Below, piece after piece: positions 47,181 through 63,834 of a stretch of 64,000 nt of DNA. Position numbers and translations under genes: made by a program. The stretch is from the human T2T-CHM13v2.0 reference genome, Homo sapiens. Where the stretch lies: the NCBI RefSeq assembly GCF_009914755.1, contig NC_060942.1; one strand, 5' to 3'. Position 1 is the first letter of the stretch. The number at the start of each line of letters is the position of its first letter. A model generated the notes under the pieces. The model did not search any database and had not been told where the DNA came from. It saw nothing but the letters and a program-made list of their open reading frames with translations.

Positions 47181-49263
47181 TTTGCTGGGAATTCTAAGCT
47201 AATTATCTACCACTGACAATCAAATCGAAGACCTGGGTCATGCACGGTCTATCATGCTAGTGACTAGTAAACATTTCCATGTCAGCCAAGGAAGCATTAT
47301 TATTATTATTATTTTTGTTTGTTTCTTTGATGTTCTTGTATGTTGCAATATTTTGAGATGGTTTGCTAAAAGTCGGATTTATTTGTTGTTGTTTTTGTTT
47401 GTTTTCTTCTTTTGCCTCAATTAAGAACTGCTGGTGGACTCAACTCTTCACTAGATGACATAGGCCTGCATAGCAAAAGGCCAGGTTGTCTTGGGTTATC
47501 TAAGTTATGAAAAAAAAAATTGTTTTTTGCATACAAAGTGATAGACATTAAAGTTTTCAAAAGGTTGAAAGAGTTGTTTTTACCTGTATTTCATGCTGCT
47601 TAATAACTGCTTTAACCTGTTGATACAGAACTGAATTATCCTAATCTCCTATTTAATTGAAGACTAGCTATGTGTCCAGAACTCTGCAAGAAACCATGAA
47701 GCATATTTTTTCTTTAAATGACACAACATGGTTTCTGCCACAAGGTGCTGAAAATCTAGCAGACATAAAATTCTTCTTGAAGTCTTCCAGACACTTTCAA
47801 GAACAATACAACACAAAATATAATTAAATGTGATACTGTGTTTTATAAATGGCAAACATTACGGGAGTTAGAGAAGCCAACAGTGGACTGCAGCAGCCAG
47901 GGAGGGAGACAGGAAACCTGTCCTACTTTCACCTGCTCCATTCATCTCCTAGTCCAGAAAGGGTACTCCAAGTACTAAAGACCACTATATTTTGCTATAA
48001 TACATCTAGTCAAATATATCACATTTTATAAAAGTGGGATTGTGATGTATATATGATTTTAACCTTTTTTCACTTAATTTTACTTAAACATATACTGAAT
48101 TGTTATATAGTATTTCATATTTCTTAGTTTCCCTCCTGTTGGACACTTAGGCTATTTCCAGTTTTACCAATAGAGGAAACCTACAATAACCATCCTTGTA
48201 ACACTACAGAAGTATTTGTGTATACCTCTGATTATTTTTTCCATAAAATAACCTACTAGAAGAAAATACATTTCTCATCAGACCAAAGGTAAGCTTTAAG
48301 GCAGTTCTAAATATTAAGCAAAGGAAGAAAATATAATAAAATTTATCAATAAGTTTGGGCTTATAAAAATGAGACTCTTTGTTTCCATTTTTGTGTGTAC
48401 TTGAGGACATGCCCTGCTATATAGCTACAAATCTGATAAGTGGGTAGACTAATTGGCCACTATTATATTTGTTGTGCAGAAGCAAGGAGTTGGGGAATTT
48501 ATGTTAGTCTTCACAGTCTAAAGGTACCATCAGATATGGAAGGCAAGTATATAAATGTGTCCATCTGAAACTAGAAGATCCATGAGGCCTTATTCTCAGA
48601 GGTCTCCTTGGCTTTCTGATCTTTCCTCATGTAACTAATATGCTCAGCTCCAACTCACTTGCAGAATCAGGCTTCAAGAGATTGAGACAGAATGAAGAGA
48701 TGGTCCAATATGCCTTTAAAAATCCCCTAATCTTTTCATTTTATTTAGATAAGAACTTTTTAAAGGATGAATGCCATTTAAGCTTATTAAGACGCTTATT
48801 TGTTCTAACATAACACACAAAAACACATTGGTGAATTATCAAGCTGACAATGCACTTAGTAATGAGTAAGGATTAATGTCTTTGCAGAAATGTGATTCAT
48901 GAATAAAAACTGGTGCAAAATTAAACTCTAGACATACACAGTCATTTGTAACCTTTAAAAAGACTGTGCTGAGTTGTGAATTATTTTTGCATAGGACTGA
49001 GGTAAGAGTTATGAAAATATGAGGTGAGAAGAGGTGTTAGGGGGTGATCTTTTTTACCTTTAGGCCCATACTTAAAGCCTCACAACCAGTTGGGTTGCCA
49101 CAGCTTGCTGCTGTCTGTCCTGCCTCTAGCTTAAAGGCTAGACCAATACAACTACCTAGAGGTCAGCAGCAAACGTTTGTATTGTTTGTGCCTAGACCTT
49201 CCCTCTTCATTCCCAGTCCATTTTCCCAGCACTATTTCCACCAAATTTAAAACTCCTAGTAAT

Positions 49264-49448
49264 TGCTATGGTTTGAATTGTCTCCCCCAAAAGGTTGTTG
49301 AAGCTCTAGCCCCCAGAACCTGTGAATGTGACCTTATTTGGAAATAGGGTCTTTGAAGATGATCAAGTGACAATGAGGTTGTTAAGGTGGGCCTTAATAT
49401 CCAATAGACTGTCTCCTTATAAAAAGGGGCAGTTTGGACACAGACACA

Positions 49449-49488
<40 letters not shown>

Positions 49489-49746
49489 GAATGCCATGTG
49501 AACATGAAGGCAGAGGTTGAAGTGATCCCATGAGCCAAGGAACACCAAAGATTGCCAGCAACCCACCAGAAGCTACAAGAGGCATAGAATAGATTCTTCT
49601 TCGCTGCCCTTAGAAGAAACCAACCTGGTCAACACCTTGATTCTGGAGATCTACTAGCCTCCAAAACTATGAGATGATTAAGTTTCTGTTGTTTAAGCCA
49701 CTTGTTTTGCTGTGCCTTATTATGCCAGCGCTAGCAAACTAATACA
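49264..49746 (+). mobile_element. MLT1B/C MaLR solo LTR with internal (CA)n (~49440-49484)
   Basis: tgctatggtttgaattgtctccccc...gaatgtgaccttatttggaaatagggtctttg...gtttctgttgtttaagcca...aaactaataca. Confidence 0.88.
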
Positions 49747-49949
49747 GTATGCTTAGTGACCCTGAACCTGACTTTGTCCTATGTACTCAATCTCCCCAGG
49801 GTTTAACCCCTACTTCTCCTAAAGGACTCTGATTTTCAATCTACCACCCTTCTATCCTAGTCCTGGCTCCCAGGAACCCATTCTTGGCCTGGCCACGAGG
49901 CCCTTATACTCTTGCCCAGCCATGTCTTGCCTTGTTATACAGGAGAAAT

Positions 49950-50564
49950 TTAACATTGACACTGTAAGATATACAGCCTATACTCAAAGTTTCCTCACTG
50001 ATCCCAAAATATCCTTTATAGCTGAGATTCTGTTTTTTGGATTCAAGATCTAATCAGAGATCATGTATTACATTTGGTCAGTATGTGCTTTAGTCTATTC
50101 TTCTTCATCTTTTATGATAACGACATTTTTGAAGATCTCAGGAAAGTTATGTAGAATGTCTTGTAATCTAGATTTGCTCCATTGTTTTCTCATGATTAGA
50201 CTCAGATTTAATATTTTTGACAAAATTATTACATAGATGATGCTCTATATTAGAGGACTCATAACAACAGTTTGTTTAATAATCGGTCATGCCAAGTTTT
50301 CATCAGGTTGTTAAAGTGATGCCCACCAGACTTTTCAATTGTAAAGATACTTCTTTTCCTTTCTGATTAATAAATAATATATTGGGTGGTACTTTGAGAT
50401 TTTGAGAATTTTTCTCAATCAGATTTTACATATTTTTTAAACTCTTAATTTAAAAATAATTATAGATACACAAAAGGTTACAAAAGATATATACAGCAAG
50501 GTCCTGTGCACCCTTGACCTTGCATTCCCCAAAGTTAACACCTTGCATAGTGATAGTTCACTAC
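49950..50564 (-). mobile_element. Old L1M 3'UTR fragments; host continues at 53280-53700
   Basis: Antisense L1MC/MB-type 3'UTR text on both sides of the L1PA insertion. Confidence 0.6.
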
Positions 50565-50580
50565 CAAAACCAGGAACTTT

Positions 50581-53263
<2,683 letters not shown>

Positions 53264-54079
53264 CAAAACCAGGAACTTTACATTGGTACCATCCACACAC
53301 TTTATTCAGATTTCATTAGTTTTATAAGCACTTATTTGTATGTATGTTTGTGTGTTGTTCTATGCAATTTTATCAAGTGTGTAGCTTCATGTATCTTTCA
53401 CCACAATCAAAATCTAAAACTGTTTTATTACCAGAGGACTCCCTCCTGCTACCCCTTTGTAACCACAGCCACCACCACCACCACCCATCCCTAACCCATG
53501 GTGACCAAAACGTTCTCCATCTCTGTAATTTTGTCATTTCAGGAATGTTATATAAATGGAATTACACAGTATGTAAACCTCTGGGATTAGTTTTTTCACT
53601 CAGCATAATTCTCTTGAGATCCATCCAAGTTGTTGTGCCCATCAATAGTTTACCACTTTTTTGTTGCTGAGTGGTATTCTATGGTAAAAATGTACCATCA
53701 CAAAATGATTTCTCACATGCAGGGATAATCCCTGCTGGAGTCAGTTGTTACTTTTGGGGGTTGCAAAATTAAGATTTATTTAATACAAGTATCACCTCAC
53801 TATAAACATTTCCATATTAAAAATGTGAGCCTCAAGAATGTGAAGCCATAAAAGAATGAATTGAAGATTCAGTCCCAGAGTATCCAACTACAGATCTTGT
53901 ATTTTGCCTAGTCTGCCATATTTACTTGTGCCAGTTTTCACAGTTTTCACTTACTAAGCACCTATTATGTACCTCTCCATTCTAGGTACAAGAGGTAGAA
54001 AAGTGAAAAGACATCAGCTGTCCTGATAACCAAAGCTGACAACTATTCAAATATAGCAGCTGCGTGAACAAGATTTTCT

Positions 54080-56370
54080 AAATGTGGTGAAAAGTAGAAA
54101 GTCACAAACCTAAGAAGCTCAATGAAACCACTGAAAGGTAGAGAAAACATAAGAAAAATTATACCCACCTAGACATAATCCAATTGCTGAAAGCCAATGG
54201 TAAAAAAAAAAAAATTCTTAAAAGTAGGCAGAGAAAGATACAGAGTGGAATGAAAGAATGATAGTAGATTTTTCTCAGAAACCATTCAAGTTAGGAAAAG
54301 AGCAGTAACATCTTGACAGAACTGAAAGAAGAAGAATAAAAAACTATCAACTCAGACTTCTAGTCTCCCCCCAAAAATGTTACAAAAATGAAAATGAGAA
54401 ACTTCTGTTTCAGAGCAATATGGAATAATGAGAATCAGATTTACCATCCTACCTAAAGCACCTACACATAAATTTTAGAACTACACATATTATGAGACAT
54501 AAAGACGAACAAAACATAATAATAAAGGTGTCAATTCATCAAGTAGAAATAGCAAAATTAAATGTTCATTTATTTAGTAACACAGCTTCAAAATACATGA
54601 AACAAAAATTGATGAACTGAAAAGAGAAATAGAGAAATCCATAATTTATTGTTGAAGAGTAGTCTTCTTGCAGTAATTGGTAGAATAAGTACACAGAAAT
54701 CAGTAAGAATATAGATGAACTAAAAACACTATCGAATAACTTGACCTGATGTATATTTAGAGAACATTTCTCCACTAATAACAGCAGAATATAAACCTTT
54801 CTTTTCAAGTGCACACAACAAACCATATTATGGTCTCAATATCTCAATTAATTTTAAAAACATTGGAAACATACAAAATATGTTCTCTGAACAAGCAAAT
54901 TCAGTTAGATATCAATTAAATAAATATATCTGAATATTTTCCAAACATTTTTAAGCTAAATAAAACATTTGTAAATAACTCATTGATCAAAGAAGAAATT
55001 TTAAAAAAATAGAAATATTTTGACCTGAACAAAAATTAAAACTTGGCATGAAATTTATAGAATATGGCTATGACTATCTTCGGGCAGAATTTATAGCAAT
55101 AAATTCTCAGAAAAGGAGAAACACCATAAATAAAAGATCTGAGTTTTACCCATAAAAAGTGAGAAAAAGAAGTACAAATTAATCATCTCTGTAGTATAAT
55201 GAAGGTAATAAAAAGGATAAGAGCAGAAGTCGATGAAATAGAAAACAGAACAATAGAGAAAATCAATAAAACCAAACGCTGTTCATTTTAGGAGATAATG
55301 AAATTGACACACCTCTAGATTGATAAGAAAAAGAAAGATAAAAATGATCAATATCAGAAATCACTGCATAATTAGGGATTTGAAAGCATTATCAGGGAAC
55401 ATTATGGACAACATTATGCCAATACATTCAACAATGATATGAAACTCCTTGAAGACCCAAAAATACATAAAGCACACTTATAACTCAATACTAATAAGAA
55501 AACAACCTAAAAGAAAAAAATAGGCAAAAGATATGATTAGCACTTTGATAAAAAAGATATATCCTGGTAAACAAGCACATGAAAAAATGTTTAACATAAT
55601 TAGTCAATAGTCAGTGAAATGCAAATTTCAACCACAAAGAGATATTAGCACACACTCCTACTAGGATACCGAAAATTGAAAAGTTCCACAACGTCAAGTA
55701 CTGATTGGGGTTTAGAGAAACTGGAGCTCTCACACAATGCTTATGGGCGTGCAAAATGGCAAACAGACTATCACTGACTTATAATGGTTCTTTTTAGGAT
55801 TTTTCAACTTTACGATGGTGTAAAAGCAATATGCATTTAGCAGAAATCATACTTTGAAGTTTGAATTTTGATCTTTTCCCAGGCTAGCAATGTTTGGTGT
55901 GATACTCCCTAGTAATTTTGGGCAGCAGCAGTGAACCACAGCTCCCAGTCAGCCACATGATCAAAGGGTTAACAACTGATACTCTGCATTTTTTTACGTA
56001 TTTTCAACTTAAGATGGGTTTACTGGGGTGTAACCCCATCATAAGTTGAAGATCTCCGGTATTTATTTACTTGAGAGAGAAAATATGTCCAGACATGTAT
56101 ACAAAGTTCATAACAACTTCATCTATAATAACAAAAAACTGGAAGCAATTCAAATGTCCATTAACCGGGCAATCAATAAACTAATTGTGTTATATTCATA
56201 TAAAGGAGTATTACTTATCCATAAAATACAGTGAATTTAATTGTGGTAATGTTTGCACACCACCACCACATATTTGCATATATGTTAAAAGTCATCAAAT
56301 ATTACACTCCAAATTGATGATTTTTTGGTATGTGATTTATACCTCAATAAAGCTAATATATAGAGGTATA
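54080..56370 (+). mobile_element. Old L1M/L1ME fragments (ORF1, endonuclease region, 3' end)
   Basis: cacagcttcaaaatacatgaaacaaaaattgatgaactgaaaagagaaataga; acagcagaatata; 3' end tacctcaataaagct. Confidence 0.75.
55764..56056. mobile_element. MER47-like (Tigger5-derived) MITE inside L1M
   Basis: gacttataatggtt...ttttcaactttacgatgg and ttttcaacttaagatgggttta...aaccccatcataagttga. Confidence 0.75.
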
Positions 56371-56575
56371 GATATATAAAAAATATTAATGCATAAGCAT
56401 ATGTAAATACAAGTATTTTGGAACTGAGGAATGAATTCAAAACTAAAAGTGTAGATTTGTGAGTCCAAAGCAAGGACAAAATTTAAGCCATAAGTTTTGC
56501 AGGAATCATGAAAGGAAAGCTTGGTTTATAATATTATCACCTATTACAGATAAGGAAACAGGCTCACTTTTTCCG

Positions 56576-56886
56576 TTTTTTTTTTTTTTTTTTTTTTTTT
56601 TTTAGCCAAGGTCTCACTCTGTCACCCAGGATGGAGTGCAGAGGCGCAGTCTCAGCTCACTGCAACCTCCACTTCCTGAGTTCAAGTAATTCTCCTACCT
56701 CAGCCCCCTGAGTAGCTGGGACTACTGGCATGTGCCACCATGCCTGGCTAATTTTTGTATTTTTTGGTAGAAATGGGGTTTCACCATGTTGGCCAGGCTT
56801 GGCCTCGAACCCCTGACCTCATGTGATCTGCCCACCTTGGCCTCCCAAAATGCTGGGATTACAGGCATGAGCTACTATGCCCAGCC
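56576..56886 (-). mobile_element. AluS, antisense, long T28 tail, inserted in a MIR
   Basis: Reverse Alu; imperfect TSD aggctcactttt / aggctcgcattt. Confidence 0.93.
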
Positions 56887-59479
56887 AGGCTCGCATTTAT
56901 TATGTGATTTGTCTGCTGTTATACAGCTATTTTTAAAAGCCACAACAAGGATTCCATTATTCTAATGATATATGTATATGTATGTATAATCTATATATAC
57001 AATGCAATTGTAAAGGATTTGCCAAGTTCCATCTATTAAAAAGTTAGATCGGCAGTTACTTACCTTTTGTAACCCACTCAACTCTTTTCAAAAAGCATAG
57101 GCAGGAAGTAGTGACCAAAGACCATTTCTGTCCCTCAATATTCATTTTCAATGAATATTCTTCTTACCCACATAGAAATATACAAGCATAGAAACAATAC
57201 CCATACACTCCTCAAAGGGCCAAGTAATTAGATAGATGAGTATTGATTGGTGGTTGGGGACAGGAGAGATCAGGGTATATAAATGAGAGAATAATGAAAG
57301 AGGCACATGAAAGATTGAGGATGGGCGTTGTGACCAAGAAAACTTAGAATCTCCATGATCCTTAATTGTCCTTTATTTTGTCATTTGATAGTTAAATTTG
57401 CAGTCTCAAAGTCTTTTGAATGATGAACTTTGGGGGCTACATTTGCATGTGCAGACAATAAATTCCTTATTCTAATTAACTCAAAAATTAACACAGATTA
57501 AAAAATAAACATTAACTTTCTATGACCAAAACAATTATCAGGGATCAGGAAAAGAAACTACATAAAAGCGTTAGCTTAGCAGACACAAGCGTGTCTGCTG
57601 TTACAGATTTGCAAACACCATTCAGCATGGATTAAATCGCAGGCAAAATGAACACACATGAAGAATGTGATAAATTTTTATGCAAGTATAATTTTATTCC
57701 AGATAGGCCACAATTCTTTTTAAAAATGAAATGACTTTAAAAATCTAGCAAAGGAGCTGGTAATGAGTACACAGCTCCTCATATTTCTTTTGAGAAATTA
57801 AATTAAACCATTTTTCATTTTGATGGGCAAAAAAAAAAAAAAAAAAAAAAAGTCAAATGCCCTGAAAACAATAGCATTTTTGGTTTTTGAAACAGTAAGC
57901 AAGGTCCTTCTCATTTTCCACAAAGATTCACTCCCTGAGTGTGGCTCTGTCATCATGGAATATACGTGTGTTTTTATGGCTGTTATAAACCCATGAATTC
58001 TAGGGCTTATGACAGAGAGACTAAACTACCTTTAACGATGGTGGCATGAACAGTAACTCGAGATAGTATATGCCATACTGCACAAAATAGATCATAATAT
58101 CATCAAATTGGATATTAGAATGGAAACCTCTATATCTGTAAATATTAATGAAAACAGTAGGCTTCAGAACAACCATAGTGGTTGCTGAGAAAAAAATCAA
58201 CCTAGAAACAGTCTTATGATTTGAAGAACAGATCATCACAATGCAACTGAACTGCTTCAAATCCCCATGGTATTTGAGGTGGGGATGGGGCAGGGGGAGA
58301 AAAGAGAGCCTGGGATAAGAAATGTTGTGTTCACATAACTGGCTTTATAGACGTTCAGCAGTAGCACCTTGCCATTCCTGTGGCTCCAGCCTGTTTTATA
58401 TTGTCCTACAGAAGGAATTCTGGCAGTCAGCTTGTGTGGGGTGTAAAGAAACATTTATGAAATCCTAATTAAGCATACAGTGATTCTTCTAGGGAAATTT
58501 TTTTTTTAAGTTATAACCCGGAGGAATGCGGGGTATGGGAAAAGGAGGGACAAAATGGAGGATTGGGGGAGAGATGGCAGGGGAAAAATTTCAAGATTTC
58601 CTACTTCATGCTGCGGCTGTCTTGCTCCATTACTTCCTATGATGAGCAAGAGTGTTTTAGGGGCTGTTTTTTCTGCAGCAGGTCAATGTTCTCTGTAAAG
58701 AGAAGCAACAGGAAGAGGGCAATGGTTTTGCACTGTGAAGGAAAAATACAGAAACCCGTTAAAGGGAAAGACACTGAGAATAATATTCCTTAGGATCTCT
58801 TCCCTCCTGTAGCTTTTTTGTACTTGCCAAACATTATTTCAAGGACAAATAGTTGTCCTTTCATGGCATGCAACTAAAGGAGCTTGGTATTTGGAGTGGA
58901 TAGATGGAGGGAGAGATTTAATTTATTTTACTTTTGTAGATATAAAAAGTGTACATCGCTGTATACGCAATTACACATTGTTTATCATTTTTATATGGGA
59001 CACCAACCATTCGTAATGTTTTTACTCACAAGGGCTTAGAGACAAGGCTACTGAAGAACATACAGTGAGTAGTTGCTGGAATAGGCATATGAGAAAGCAA
59101 AATAGAAGTTCAATTTCAGACAAGATTCAATACCAATGAAATAAACTCAGGTAATAAACAGAAGGAAGGAGGAAACAATAACATTAAAAAGAGGAAAGAG
59201 TTGATTTAAGTATTGCTCTAAGGGGACTCCACTAAGGTAGATTCTTGAAGAACTAAATGTTACTAACAGGCTTCAACTTGGGAGAAATCAGTTAAGATAG
59301 CAATAACATTTGTCTTCATCTTGCAATTTTCCTCTAAGGATCTCCAAGCACCTCACATATATACTGGAAGCTAAGAAGTTCCTGACAATGGTAGCTGCTA
59401 AACATTTAAACCAGTTGACAAGGGAGCTTGAAGCCATATATAGAGTAGCTCCTTATTTATCCAGAATTGTTATAGGCCA

Positions 59480-59670
59480 TTGGTTTCCAAGGTTTAGCTT
59501 GCATCAGAATCACCTGGAGGACTTGCTAAAACATGGATTTCTGGGTCCACTCCCAGAGTTTCTGATTCAGTTGGTCTGGACAGTGGGATGGCCTGGAGAG
59601 TTTGCATTTTTGACAAGTTTGGAGTGAGGCTGATGGTGTGGATCCAGGGAACGCACATTGAGAAGCACTG
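59480..59670. mobile_element. MER5A
   Basis: gcatcagaatcacctggagg...cccagagtttctgattcagt...tttgcattttt...gagaagcactg. Confidence 0.85.
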
Positions 59671-59782
59671 GTTTAGGCACAGCTCTGTCTAATAACGACA
59701 ATAACCACCACCTGTTGAGCTCTAACGATACACAGGCCACGTGTACTCTATTAGGTGGATACCACTTTCGCCCACATTGTAC

Positions 59783-60333
59783 TGAGAGAGGAAAAAGGAA
59801 GAAACTGGTCAGGCAGGTAGTTAGGGTAGATCCTCGGTTGAATTCTTTCAAACAAAAGAACTGCAGGCACAGATAAGGGAACTTGCATGAGGGGCTTGCC
59901 TAAGACATGCCCACAGCTGCACAGATAAGAAAGACTACACAGATTACTTGCCCAGACATGCCCACAATGGAAAATTCCATCCCCTGACACATGCGCATTG
60001 AGGAGAACAAAGCGATATGGAGTAACTCAAGCTAAGGGCCCACATGTGCACTAGAAGCATGGGGTGGAGCTACCAGAAATTCGTGACTTATGCAAATCAT
60101 ATGCCCAGCCCTCATTGGTTTTTTATAATAGCCTTTGCATTCAACTGTAAAAAGAGCAACCCTCTTCCAGGGCCCCTCTCTGCAGCAGAGAACTTTTTTC
60201 TTTCACTTTTGCTCCAACCTCACACATGGTGTCTGCTCTCCTTAACTTTCTTGGTCTTGAGACAAAGGACGCTGGGTACTAACTCAGGCAACAAGAGACT
60301 GCTATATTGTGGTGCATTGGCAAGACTGCAACA
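59783..60333 (+). mobile_element. MER61-family (ERV1) solo LTR
   Basis: TG...CA ends; 4-bp TSD gtac (59779-59782 / 60334-60337); characteristic cacagataag and agacatgccc repeats. Confidence 0.85.
59879..59963. promoter_or_regulatory. p53-family response elements in the MER61 LTR
   Basis: GGGCTTGCCT-a-AGACATGCCC (59892-59912; two perfect RRRCWWGYYY half-sites) and TTACTTGCCC-AGACATGCCC (59944-59963). Confidence 0.65.
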
Positions 60334-61109
60334 GTACCAAGGGTGAACGTAAAGATGAGAGACAATAAACCATCACTCAAATCACTCAGCAAGTAGGGGC
60401 AGCACTGGTGTCTAGACATGAGTTGGCCTGAATTCGAGTCCTTCACTATGAACTACTACATTGTGCTGAGTAGTGATGGGGATATGAATAGTCTCTAGAA
60501 AACTGACTGTAAATTTCAGGCTATATACCACACAAGATGCAGGAAAAAAGTCCACGCACAAAATGTAAAGAAAGTAAATGTTGTTTTTAAGGTGTCATAA
60601 TTTTTCGAACTCACTTCGATATGCAAGATCCCATCTTTACTATAGGAATTAGTTATGAAGTGTACTGCTGTTACCCAAATATGAGCTGTCCCTTTGTTCT
60701 TGTTTGCAAGCTTCTCCCCACTCTTGGCACCACCAAAAATGAAAATCCACTGATACAAATTCATGTTAGAGTGATGTAGATTATTCAGAGAATGGAGGGA
60801 AAAGTTCGCCATGTCCCTGACCATCTTCCATTGAGTCTTCAGCCCTATTGCTCCTGTCTCCTGGATTCTTTCTTTCTCCTTCCCATATGCAGAGTCCTTT
60901 TGCCTCCTTTTAATACACAGAGTCTCTTTCCTTCCTGAAAACTGGGCACCACTCAGGTACCCCCAGATCCTGGAGGCTGCTTTTATTCCATATTAGGCTC
61001 TTCCAAAATGCTCTCCCTACAAAGAAATTTTCATATCAGCTTATTGACATAAAATGTTCTCCATGTAATTACACAGAAAACCTTTAAGAAAGTTTCCAGT
61101 AATTTCAAG

Positions 61110-61723
61110 TGGAGAGTTTAAACACCAGAGATCTGTACTATCTACATGTAGCTATTGAGTACTTGGAAAGCATTCAAATGGCACTGTGCTGGATTTTTAA
61201 AACACACACTGCATTTCAAAGACTTCGTATAAAAAAAGAATATAAAATATCTCATTAACAAGTGTTTACATTGATTACATATTGAAAGGATAACATTTTA
61301 GATATCCTGAATTAAATAGGATATATTATTGAAATAAATTTTACCTCTTTTTATGTTTGTTATTGTGACCAGTAGTACATTTTAAATTGCATATGGCCAC
61401 ATGTGCTGGCTCATGCCTGTAATCCCAGCATTTTGGAGGCCGAGGCAAGTGGATCACAAGGTCAGGAGTTCAAGACAAGCCTGACAAGACGGTGAAACCC
61501 GCCTCTACTAAAAATACAAAAATTAGCCATTGTGGTGGGCACCTGTAATCCCAGCTACTCGGGAGGCTGAGGCAGGGAATTTCTTGAACCTGGGAGGCGG
61601 AGGTTGCAATGAGCCCAGGTGGCACCACTGCACTCCAGCGTGGGCGACAGAACGAGACTCCGTCTCAAAAAAAAAAAAAAAAAAATTGCATATGTGGCTA
61701 GCATTATATTTCTATCAGCACTG
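61110..61723. mobile_element. MER33/MER3-like hAT fossil split by an Alu
   Basis: acatgtagctattgagtacttgga...atattgaaag...ttttaaattgcatat[Alu]gtggctagcattatatttctat. Confidence 0.75.
61395..61682 (+). mobile_element. AluSg-like
   Basis: gatcacaaggtcaggagttc; poly(A); TSD aaattgcatat (61384-61394 / 61683-61693). Confidence 0.93.
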
Positions 61724-63024
61724 TTGCAGATTCTAAAGAAAATGAAACAAACTGACATCTGGAGAATATGTAAGGCTGATTTTTTTCTGAAAGAAAGTGG
61801 ACTGAAAAGTCATTCTTTACCTGCAGAATAACAAGAGAAGATCTACTATCTACTTATTTTCACACAACAAATGTCACGACTCTGGTCTTTAAGAGCTTCA
61901 GCTATTGCTGACCTGAACACTTGACACTGGAGTCAGCGGACAAGACTGTAACCTGAGGATAATTCTCAGTACATCTGATATTGCACTTATGTTATGCTTT
62001 ACAATGCACAGCATTGTATAGTATCTGATGAATGAACCAATGAATATAAAATATCTTCCTTATTTAGACCATAAGCATTTTTTGGTGGCAAAATTTATGC
62101 TTTTTATTCATTTTTCTTCATTGCACAGTGCCTTATGCACAGCAGGGGCTCAGCAAATATTTGTTGATGGAGTGACAGCATGAGAATACTGCTGAGAAAA
62201 AGAGTGGGTGAGGAGGTGAGGACCCAAGCCACCTGGGACTATTTGGTCTGGCTAACCACAAACACAGTTCAAATCAACAAACCCACTAAAGAGGGCTCAG
62301 TCTCATCATTCTTAAAGCCACAGTTTGGTGCTTTGGTTGTACCTTAATTAGTTATGAATTGTTTGATTCGGCATGCCATTTAATGTTTGCAAAACTTTCT
62401 CCAGGTTGCAATTTCCATAGTAGGAAATGAGTCCAGGGTGTATTTTTTCATGAAAAATTTCTGCAACCGAAGAAGGGGCTTGAAATCTAAAATATCTGTG
62501 ATTCCCTTGGTGCTAACTGTGAAGAAAGGACACTCAGGCTTTTAGAGATTCAAGGATCATCAACCAGTTAGCTATGGACAATCTGGTCCAAGCTACATGG
62601 AGGATTTTCACAGATATTTACAATTCTCCTCCCTTTCCCCCTTTGCCTTTTCTCTTCATTCTATCCAAATTTAAAGAATAAATTTGCACAAAAATAGTAA
62701 AAACACTGTATTTAAAAAAATAAGTTTTTTATTTAGCAAAAGTAAGAACACAAACAATTTACAAGAATAGGAAATACAGAAAAAAATAGTTCTAGATTAT
62801 ACAGCAAGCTGGCCAAATGTGTGCTTCAGGTATCAGCAAATGTAGAGTAAGAGAAAGATTTTGTTTTGTTTTGTTTTTTAAGGGTGTGCTGTTTCAGATA
62901 TTTTCAAAGGAACATTCAGGTAGTCATCATCAATAAAAAACCGATCGGACTTACTTATTATTATTATTCTGTGGTTTATTGTTGTTTGTATTTTGAATTA
63001 AATATGAGGATGAACACCATAATA

Positions 63025-63195
<171 letters not shown>

Positions 63196-63529
63196 TAGAT
63201 CTTAATCTGGACCTCGGAGAGTCAAATTATAAAATGATACATTAGCCACACTTGGAAATATTGTGGGTTAATTCAGGGTCTCCACTCTGTAACTTTTTGC
63301 ACTGAAGTTAAATGCACACAGTTATCATGACTACAACCCTCTTAAAGGTGTTCTTCTGTGCATGTTAGATTGACCCCCAGAGAATACATGGTTAATAAGA
63401 TTGTTAGATAGCATATATTGTTACCATTAACTTTTAATTTTTTTCTTGCATATAACTCAGGAAAACTGGGATTATGAGCAAGATCCTGAGACCACAAAAG
63501 TATCTGTATCAGGGAGACTTTTAGGGTAG

Positions 63530-63812
63530 TCAAAGTATTCTGTTTGACACAATATCATGGTGAATACATATCATTATACATTTGTCGAAACCCATAGAAC
63601 ACACAAGAGTGAACTTTAATATCAACTATGGACTTTGGTTGATAATGGTGGGTATATGTTCATTCATTGGTTGTAACAAAGGTACCGCACTGATGTGGGA
63701 TACTAATGGTGGGGGAGGCTGTGTGTGTGTGGCACAGAGGGGTTAAGTGGGAACTCTGTACTTCATACTCAATTTTGCTGTGACCCCAAAACTACTCTAA
63801 AATATAAAGCCT
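63530..63812 (+). mobile_element. L1MC-like 3' end
   Basis: cattatacatttgtcgaaacccatagaac...aactatggactttggttgataatg...gggaactctgtactt. Confidence 0.8.
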
Positions 63813-63834
63813 ACTAATTAATTAAATATGTAAT

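Noticed and set aside
57829-57850. Isolated poly(A) as the tail of a retrocopy
   Set aside because: No upstream AATAAA at a suitable distance, no recognisable element and no convincing TSD.
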